64,000 nucleotides of DNA, taken from NCBI GenBank assembly GCA_033442325.1, contig JAWQFM010000020.1:809233-873232 (forward strand). The letters are read 5' to 3'. The notes under the pieces were generated by a model that was given only the letters and a program-made list of their open reading frames with translations, searched no databases and had not been told where the DNA came from. Numbering within the stretch: position 1 is the first letter of the stretch; each line of letters begins with the position of its first letter. Below, in pieces: positions 23,819-33,674 of this stretch. Position numbers and translations under genes: made by a program. The DNA is from Salpingoeca rosetta. Lineage: Eukaryota > Protista > Choanoflagellata.

Positions 23819-25105
23819 ACCACACAACAATTACAATGACACAATCACTACATGTTGAATTTTTTTCACTGTTGTTGAGTGAGCATTTTCCATCACGTTC
23901 GATGATCGAAGTGTTCATCTGTTGACTGTTGTGTCGCTGCTGTTACACAAACTCCCTTGTGCATCCGCGTTTGCCTTCAAATTGGTGTTGTGGATGTTGT
24001 TTTGTTCACCAAACCGGGCATTCGGTGCTTCCATCACGGTTGTGGTGATGTGTGTGCTCTTGCACTTTGCGACTTTGTTGTCCAACACACACAAAACATG
24101 TTCAACGCCCTTAGTATCTGCTCTGTTCATTCTTCACTTTGTTGATTCCTTCATTTTCGTCATTGCTCGTCCTCTTCTCCTCTTTGGGTTTGTGTACATT
24201 CTTGTGCGCTGTGTTGCGCATCAATGAGAGGAAGAAGGCTGCATTTCCACAGTTTGTTGGTTCGTTCGCGCTTGACTTTACTTGCGCTTTGCGTGCAGGC
24301 AGTGCTTTGCCGCATGTGTGTGTGAAATTGTGACACAGTGTTTCATCTGAGTTGTTGTGTCTTGCTGTTGCTGTGGTCACGGCTTCAACTTCTTGTTTTC
24401 TGTTTGTGTTTGTTTGTCGTTTGTTCCTCGCTGCCCTGTTCTCCGGTTGCGTGCGCGCGCGCTTCGTTTGAACCAAACAGGGACTGAGAGCGCAAGGTGT
24501 GCGGTTGCTCTTGTCAACGTGTGCGCATACATATGCCATGTGGTTCACTGGCTTTCAGCCAGCCGTGTGGTGTGCCACGTTTTTTTGCGACACGCCACAG
24601 CTGTATGGCACCTTGTGTCGCTGTGCATGCCGCAACCACCACCACCACCACCACCTTTGCTGCCCCTGCCCCTGGCGGCTTGCTGTTGTTGTTTTGACAG
24701 GCGCAGTGATAATTCGAATGAACAAGAACCTGCAATGAGGGCGACACAAGCATCAACTACAGCAAGTGGGCGGTGGACACCTTGCGAGGGTGGTCGATGC
24801 ACGATGACACGAAACCGAGAGGCAGTGGTGTGAGTCACAGAGTAGTTGTACTGTTCACAGACCAAAACGAGCGATGGAAGAAAGCTGTGTGACTTGACAG
24901 AGAAAGAAGTGGGCTAGTGTGAAGCACGACAAGGGACGTAGAATGGGGGGGGGGAGCAACCAAAAGCGGCAAACAAAGACATGGCACCAAACAACACTGA
25001 CACATCAATCAAGGCATGGAGGAGGACGGTACAGTGACATGATGAGAGCGCACGCAGCACAACCAGCGCACGTCAGTTCACATGCGTGTGCGTGTGTGCG
25101 TGTGT

Positions 25106-25352
25106 TTAAGCGGAGGCCTCGGCGCCCGTGAGGATGGCATCAACCTCGTCGATGATGGCGCGAGACATGTCGGCAGTGGTGTGATCGCCGCCCATATCGG
25201 GTGTGCGCACATCCCCGCGCGTCAGCACGCTGCGCACCGCCTTCTCAATCGGAGACGCAAACGTGTCCATGCTGATGGTGGTGGTGGCGGTGATGAGCAG
25301 TGAGCGGAGCAATGGGACAGCGTGTTGCGGCAATGATAGACAGAGAGAGAAT

Positions 25353-25402
<50 letters not shown>

Positions 25403-25611
25403 AAGAAGTGCGTACCCGAGGTGGCGCAGCATCATGGCACCGGACGAGATCATGCAGACGGGGTTGGCGACGCCCTTGCCGGTCAGGCTCTGCTGGATCT
25501 GGCGTGCACCCTACTCGCACCCCAAAAGCAGCAGTGGTCAGTGGTCAGTGGTCAGTGGTCAGTGGTCAGTGGTCAGTGGTCAGTGGTCAGTGGTGGTGGT
25601 GGTGTGCGTGC

Positions 25612-25678
<67 letters not shown>

Positions 25679-27242
25679 ATCTCAGTCGGAGATTCACGGT
25701 CCAACGTGGGATTGGAGAAGGATGCCACAACAAGCCGTGCACAGCTCAGCAACCAAGTGCCAACGCACAACACAACACAGCAGTGAATAGAAGACAGGCA
25801 ATGCACGACAGCACAGCACGCAAGACGACGCCACACCACACCACATCACATCACACGACACAGCACAGCACATGACAGCACGGCCGCACCGGCTCGAAGA
25901 CGGCAATGTCGTTTCCGATGTTGTATCCGGGGACGAGACCCGCGCCGCCAACGAGACCCGCGCCAATGTTGCCCACTAGCCACACGCGCACACAAGTGGG
26001 GTGTGTATATGTGTGTGTGTGTGTGTTTGTTTGTTTGTGTGTGTGTGTTTGTTTGTGTGTATGGTGTGTGTGTAAGCGAATGAGGGAGAGTGAAGTTGGA
26101 GAGGACAAGACGATGAGGATTTTACATGGTGTCACGAGTGCACGTGAAACAGCAGTACACATGTGCGCATACAGCGCCGTGTGCATGTGGCGCCGTGTGT
26201 ATGTGATTGGACTCACCGATGTTGCCGTAGAGGTTTGGCGTGACCACGACATCAAACTGCTGAGGACGAGACACCTGTACACATACACAAACACACACGC
26301 ACACATGTAAATGAAGAGCGATGAGCACACGAACAGCAAAATACACAGGTAATCACGTGCCCGTGTTACACAAACACACGCACGCACACGTACACGTACA
26401 CACACATATGCACCCACGCACACGTACACATGCACCCACGCACTTGATAGTGCAGAAACAAGCAACCGCCAATACCCGCACACGCACGCGCACTCACCAG
26501 CTGCATGCTGGTGTTGTCGACAATCATGGCTTCAAAGACAATGTTGGGGTAGAGAGAGGCAACCTGTAACACAAGCACACGAGTACAAGCACATGTGCAT
26601 CAGAAGATGAGTGGGGATGAGAGCATGTATCCCAACGACGGCGAGATATTGTCCCACAAACGAATACACGCGCACACACCCATGTACAAGGCCTGATTAT
26701 ATCACACCCAAAAAACACACCACCAAAATGCGAACATGCGCACGCATACACACGAGCAGATGCGTGCGCATGTATGTACAGGGAAACAACGCAAGTTACA
26801 AGCCATGCGCACACCTCCTTGCAGCACTGGAGGAAGAGGCCGTCGCCCTGCTTCATGATGTTGGCCTTGTGCACCGCCGTCACCTTCGAGCGGCCAGTCT
26901 GCTCACAAGCACACCGTGAGGATGGTGGTGGTGGTGGTGGTGATGGTGATGATGATGAGGAGGAGGAGGAGGGGCAGGAGGAGGAAGTGGTTTGGGGGGG
27001 GGGGGGGTCATCACGCCATGGCGTGGGCAGCGGCAATTGCACGGGCCACCACACAATCAATAGCAGAAGCACAAACAACACAAACCCACGATGAACAGCA
27101 CCAGTCTGATTATAGCGCCGTGCTGACCTTTGCGGCGTAGTCAAAGGCGTACTTGGCAATGCGCATCGACTCCTCGCGGGAAATCACCTTCAGGCTCTCA
27201 ATCACACCGGGCGAGATCTGGCAACAACAACGACGACGATGG

Positions 27243-27306
<64 letters not shown>

Positions 27307-27311
27307 GGTGG

Positions 27312-27351
<40 letters not shown>

Positions 27352-28479
27352 GGTGGTGGTGGTGGCTCATGCGAAGTGTAATGTGCGCTCATGTGCGCGT
27401 GCATGTGTATGCTGGATCTGTGCATCTGCCCCCCCCCCCTTTCCCAAACAGCAAACTACAATAACAACAACAACGGCAGTTGCCGCCACATTGAACGGCG
27501 ACCGACCTCGTGCTCAAGGCCCGAGTACTCCGCCTCCGTGTTCTGGCGCACGACAACAATGTCCACATCGTCGTGGCGCGTCGGCAGGCCTGCCATGCAC
27601 ACATGTGCGTACGCGTGTGTAAGTGAGAATAAGCGAGTGCGGTTTGCGTGTATACTGCGTGTGTTGTGGGGACATGTGGTGCGTAATGGGCATGTGATGT
27701 TGGTGCAAAGATTGTTGTCAGCGTTCAACAATGCAGGGGCGCGCAGGCAACGACAGCAAGCCATGCATGACCAAGACAACAGTGCAGACGGGACGGGCTG
27801 ACCTGCGGGCGTCTTGCAGAAGATGACGTTGGCAAACAGATCCAGCTCCGTGCTGCACGACACCGCGCACATCGCAGAAGTTGCACAGGATATGTGTGTG
27901 TGTGTGTGTGTAAGTGTGAGTACATGCGTGTGTGTGGGTGTGTGTAAGTGTGAGCACATGCGCGCGCGCGTGTGTGTTTCAAAGTGTGCGTATATGTGTG
28001 CATCGGAAGGATGAGATCAACCTTGCAAGCAGTAGCAGGCAAGCAACGAGGTGTGTGCACCGACCGGAGCTTGATGTTGAGGGAGGTGCGGGTGGCGCGG
28101 CCCTGGGGCGTCGACAGGATACCTGAACACGCGCCACCAGCAAAAATCAGCACATGAGCAACGGGTAAGCATATACAACGTGTGCACATGTGTGTGTGCG
28201 CGCGTTTGTGGTGTGTGTATATGTGCATGTGTGTGTGTGTGCGTGTGTGTGTGGGGGGGGGGCGGTTGTGAATGACGGGAGGTTGTGGTGTGTGCACTTC
28301 CACGCGAAGCGAGGCTGCTCACCCTTGAGGCCAACGCCGTTCCTGCGAAGAGACGTGATGGCGTCGTCCATGCGCTTCTCCGCATCCGGGTCAGCACCGC
28401 TGTCGAAAATGACAGAGGGCAATTACAGAGGGAGAGGGAGGGGGGAGGGAGAGAGGGGGGGCACAGAGGGAGGGAGGGT

Positions 28480-28564
<85 letters not shown>

Positions 28565-28565
28565 C

Positions 28566-28609
<44 letters not shown>

Positions 28610-29350
28610 AAAGAGAGAGGGGGGAAGAGACAGAGGGGGAGTGAGTGTGAGTCAACGGTGTTGGTCGGTCGAATGGTACATGCGTGTGCGTGCGGGTTTC
28701 ATTGAAACTGTGGTGGAACACGTACGCGCTGGGGTTCAGCAAGGCCATGTTCGAACATTAATCACAACAAAAAAACAGCAGGGGCGGTGGCTTACTGGAA
28801 GTCGATGACCTCAAAGTCAACGGGGACCTTCATCCACCTGAAGTGCGACAAGAGCAAGGGAAAGCGAGGCCGGGATGCGTAAGGGAGCAAGAAACAAAAA
28901 TGGCACACACACACACACACAGCACAAGTACGGAAGGATACAAGGGCACACGCACGCACACACACACACACACACACAATACACATACACACAACACACA
29001 CACACATAAGTACGCACGCACGCACTCGAAGAGCTCGCGGACGGCGGTGGTGATCTCGGGACCAATGCCATCACCAGGGATGAGTGTCACAGTGCGGCGG
29101 CCGCCATACTTGGTCAAACCAAACAATGGCGTCTTGGCTGTCGTTGTGTGATATTGTATGTGTGTGTGATTGGGGTGAGTGAAGCACTGAACCAGAAGCA
29201 CCGAGCGCGTGTTTGCGATGAGCCGACAAACCCGACGAACGACCCAAACACATCCACACATCCACATCAACGTAGCCCCACACACGTGCGCACAAACGGA
29301 GGTAACGTACGCGCTGTGCTGGCGAAGCGACGAACAATACGGGCAGCCAT
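25106..29350 (-). CDS. IDH3: Mitochondrial NAD-dependent isocitrate dehydrogenase, non-catalytic (beta/gamma, yeast Idh1-type) subunit, multi-exon
   Basis: Presequence [12 protein letters not shown]; [20 protein letters not shown]; [16 protein letters not shown]; [19 protein letters not shown]; IVDNTSMQL; PNLYGNI (catalytic subunits have NLYGDILSD); RTPDMGG. Confidence 0.93.
25533..25592. repeat. Intronic heptamer tandem repeat (GTGGTCA)n
   Basis: About 8 perfect copies in an IDH intron. Confidence 0.9.
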
Positions 29351-29859
29351 CTTGATGCTGACGCGTTGAAGGAAACCGAGTATCCACAAGCGGAGGAGAC
29401 GAAGGATGCATGTGGTCAATGAGAACCAGCGTATCAGTTCAATAGAGTGAGATGCGAGACAAGTGCTTAGGATAGCAGGGTAGCAGACTTTTGCATTGAT
29501 TTGGAATAGCCCATCCAAGGTTCATGATACAGCCACGTCACCACGTGCTCAGATCATGCACAAGGTCCAGCAGGAGCTACGCAAGCAAAGCAAAACACAC
29601 ACAACACACACCATACAGAGGCACACGGCAGCAACGGTGGGATAGTGGCACACAAAACAACACCGTACGCACAGCCATCGTCATCACCATCGTCATCAAC
29701 TTAAAGTCGAACAACAACAAGCACAACAAACACAACCAACACAACAACAACAAAGGGGACAAAGACAGCTGTCTTTGTGTGTTTGTGTTTGTGTTTGTAT
29801 TGCCTTTGCGTGTTTGTGTTTGTATTTGGGTGTCCACTGGAGCCTGGTACACACACACA

Positions 29860-29902
<43 letters not shown>

Positions 29903-30856
29903 GCACGTACGCACGCGTTCGTTGACTTACACGAAAGACGAGGAGGAGCTGAGCAGGTGGGTGGTTGTGTTGTGTTGTTGGTGCACAAGCAAGCAAGCGA
30001 TGAAAAGAAGAGCAGCAACCGAGCGCATGTGGTTGTGGTTATTTCATGGTGTCGCATATGGCCGCCATCCTTGAAGTTCAGATTGTCAATCAGCGCGCCC
30101 CCATTACGTTCATGACGTCATCTCGACGAGCCAATGGTGTGCGTTCTATTGCTTGCCTCAACAAGAGAGAACGAATTTACAACCCCTCTTTGTCACGCTC
30201 TTCGGTTGCGCTTCCGTTGCGCTGTTGTTGCGCTGTTGTTGCGCTGCTCGCGTGAGCGGTGTCTTTGTTGCGAGAACAAACACCCATTGTTCCGAGGAGG
30301 TGCGAGCGCTGTGGTGCATCATGAGCATTCGCGGCCTCGCTAATCAACCTGCGCGTGTTCCGGTCGAATCTGCCCTCCCCTGATGCCGATCCGCCGCTGC
30401 TGTGGTGTTGTTCGCGAACACTCGACTCCACTTTCGTCACAGGGATTCCCATGCTCCGGGTCGGAACGCCACCCTCAACACAATCTTGCGTGAGAAATGG
30501 AGTCACCTTGGACCTAGCCGAGCCAAGTAAGAGCTGTGCACCTGAAGATTAAACGCTGGAAGTGGTGTCAAAGTGGTGGGCGCGGTAGCACAAAGGGAAA
30601 AGGTTGACCTGCAATCCGGTGGCTGTCCCCAATGGAGGCCGACGTGAACGTGAGCGCGCACAAAAGCCTGCAGACGTGGGTGGTGGTGGTGGTGGTGGTG
30701 GTGGTTTTGGTGGTGCCTAATTTGCATCACTCAAGCTCACATACAAAGAAGGTGCACTGGGTGTGCTTTGTTTGTAATTGCTGCTGGTTTGCCTTGGAGA
30801 ATGACAGCGAGCAGACACAACAACTGTCATTTTTCCTGTGCGCTATTCCTGGACAG

Positions 30857-31368
30857 CCAACCGCAACACCAACCCAGAGCGACCCCCCCCCCCCCTCCAC
30901 GGCGGCAAGATACGACAATCCTTGCACGAAGGTAAGACAGTGGTGTTTGCAACTTTCGGGGTTGCACGCGACAGACCATCCCACTTTAGCGCTCAGAGTG
31001 TGTAGGTCAAACGACGACCAACCCCCGCTTTCGGTTCACGCTTGTCACTTACGCATCCATGGCATCGCTCGGTCTTCTTTCTGTGTGCATTGCAGGCCAG
31101 CCATCGCCCGCTGAACAGCGAACTTGCACATTCACGAACTACCAAAGGGCCTACCACACGACCCAGCCACGCCATGCCACGACCACCGAGTTTCCAGCTT
31201 CCGCGTAGCTCCCCATGCTGCCGTGAGGACACCCGCCCAGAAACGTACACTTCGAAGCAGCTCAACCGCATGTTTGACATCGCAGTGCGCAAGGGCGAGG
31301 CAAAGGCCAGCAAGTACATCGACCGCGTCTCCAAGAAGTCAAGCAGCAAGAAGAGCAAGGGCTACTGA
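30857..31368 (+). CDS. Possible orphan spliced small basic protein (5' end unresolved)
   Basis: Exon 30857-30931 ends at a strong gtaaga donor. An acceptor at 31095 continues in frame to ...ETYTSKQLNRMFDIAVRKGEAKASKYIDRVSKKSSSKKSKGY*, whose codon usage looks coding. No family recognised. Confidence 0.3.
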
Positions 31369-32384
31369 GGCACCGAACGGCGACAGAGATGCTAGAGATG
31401 CACCGAGGGAATGCACAGGCTGTATTTGGCATTTTGGCCCATGGCTGCGATGCCGCTGTTTCGCCCGATATGGCAAGGCCAGGCTGTTAGCGCACATCCA
31501 GCAATCAGCCCGACGTGACGATGCTTTCATGTACACGCGCTGCAACACACGTCGTGGGTCGTGCACATTGAAGCCCCGTACGGACTGGGAGCTGCTGTTG
31601 CCTTCTCCAGCCTCTGGCCTGCTTTCTTCCACCCCATCGCCCTTCGTTCTCCCCTCTGCTGCCCAATAGTGCTGCTGGACTTGGTGGCAGATATGCAAGA
31701 CTCCTTGCCCCCAGTCATGCCGAGGGAGAGACGCACAGAATCGCAGGCGGTTCTGCCGCAGCTTCCTTTCCAGATTTCCTCCCCCTCTTTCGCTTGTGTT
31801 ACTCTTGGGCCTCGGGCTTGGGTGATTGCACACCAAACCTGCGCTTTTGGACGTTCTCATGTTTTGTGGCTATTGCGACCAGTAGCATGCCATCGTGCAC
31901 ATCGCACTGCATCCGATCTCTTTGTGCCCTGACACGGTAATCAACCGCACTTCATTTTCTTGCGAGTATTCGACTAGCATTCCTGTCCATATTGTATGTT
32001 GTCCATTGACGCGAGCAGGACTGCCAATGAGGCTTTTAAGCGACCTTTGCCTTCGGCCTTCGGCCTGCTTTCTAGTACACATTTCTGTACACCCCAAGCG
32101 AGACGCGAAAATCAGCAGCATGTGCGCGTTGGTGCTGTGCTGGCCATAATGCAGCAGGGTGTCACTTCAAATCAAACCGCGTCATCAACATGTTGCGTGT
32201 GGTTGGCTGGGTGCTTGTGCCCCAAGTTGCACGCGGGTTCAGAGCAATAACTATGCCATTGGCGTTCCTGAACCCTCCATTAAACTTGCATGTGTGACCA
32301 TGTTCACGAACGACAGCACCGCACACTTGCCCAACAATATTGCACCCTTTTCTTTGTGTTGTGTTGTGCGTGTGTGTGTGTGTG

Positions 32385-32423
<39 letters not shown>

Positions 32424-32427
<4 letters not shown>

Positions 32428-33650
32428 TCTGTCCTGTGTTCTGTGTGTGTACTCACTTGGGGGCACTGAAGCAGCGCAAAACGTGTATTCCAAATGCAAC
32501 AATGAGGGAAGACGATAAACACACAAAAAGAGGTATGTAGTAGGGGACGCGTGGTGTCATCACGACAACACACCGCATCATCAGTAACAAGCGGGTGCAC
32601 GCGCAGCACACGAAGGGAACGACACAATGTCGCGCATATGCATCATGTAACGACGAAACAACGATTCCGCTCAGAGAGGATGAAGCAGCCGGCACACGTG
32701 CTGTAACACGAACTGTAGCAAGTGAGAGAGAGAAAAACAAAAGAGAAGCGGAAGCGGTGGGGGGGGGCAAAGGGGATGGAGCGGTGAAAGACTACAGAAG
32801 AAGACAAACTCATCAACACACCAGTGATGGGGTGTAACACTGCACGCATGCAAGGGGAGAGAGAGCGCGTCCAACACACACACACACAGGCACACACACA
32901 CACACACGCACGCACACGCACACACACACACACACACATACAGGCAGCACACACACAATCACGCACACGCACACACACACACACGAACAGAGTAACAGGT
33001 CTGCTTGTGCGTGTGTGCGCGTGTGTGCGCGTGTGTGCGCGCGTGTGTGCGCGCGCGTGTGTGTGTGTGTGTGCGTGTGTGTCCTTTGTCCTGTGTTCTG
33101 TGTCCTGTGTGTGTACTCACTTGGGGGCACTGAAGCAGCGCAAAACGTGTATTCCAAATGTAACAATGAGGGAAGACGATAAACACACAAAAAGAGGTAT
33201 GTCGTAAGGGACGCGTGGTGTCATCACGACAACACACCGCATCATCAGTAACAAGCGGGCGCACGCGCAGCACACGAAGGGAACGACACAATGTCGCGCA
33301 TATGCATCATGTAACGACGAAACAACGATTCCGCTCAGAGAGGATGAAGCAGCCGGCACACGTGCTGTAACACGAACTGTAGCAAGTGAGAGAGAGAAAA
33401 ACAAAAGAGAAGCGGAAGCGGTGGGGGGGGGCAAAGGGGATGGAGCGGTGAAAGACTACAGAAGAAGACAAACTCATCAACACACCAGTGATGGGGTGTA
33501 ACACTGCACGCATGCAAGGGGAGAGAGAGCGCGTCCAACACACACACACACAGGCACACACACACACACACGCACGCACACGCACACACACACACACACA
33601 CATACAGGCAGGCACACACACAAAATCACGCACACGCACACACACACACA
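32424..33650. repeat. Direct tandem duplication, two near-identical ~560-bp copies offset by 664 bp, each bounded by (GT)n and (CA)n tracts
   Basis: Near-identical ORF-track peptides at 32453-32770 and 33117-33434. Only a few substitutions differ (aatgcaac/aatgtaac, tagtagggg/tcgtaaggg, gggtgcac/gggcgcac). Confidence 0.95.
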
Positions 33651-33674
33651 CATACATACACGTGCATGCATGCG

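Noticed and set aside
29400-30060. Possible small minus-strand gene or upstream exons 5' of IDH3 (gtaagt donor near 29929, short hydrophobic ORF)
   Set aside because: I could not assemble a consistent spliced ORF or recognise an RNA family, so it is left uncalled.
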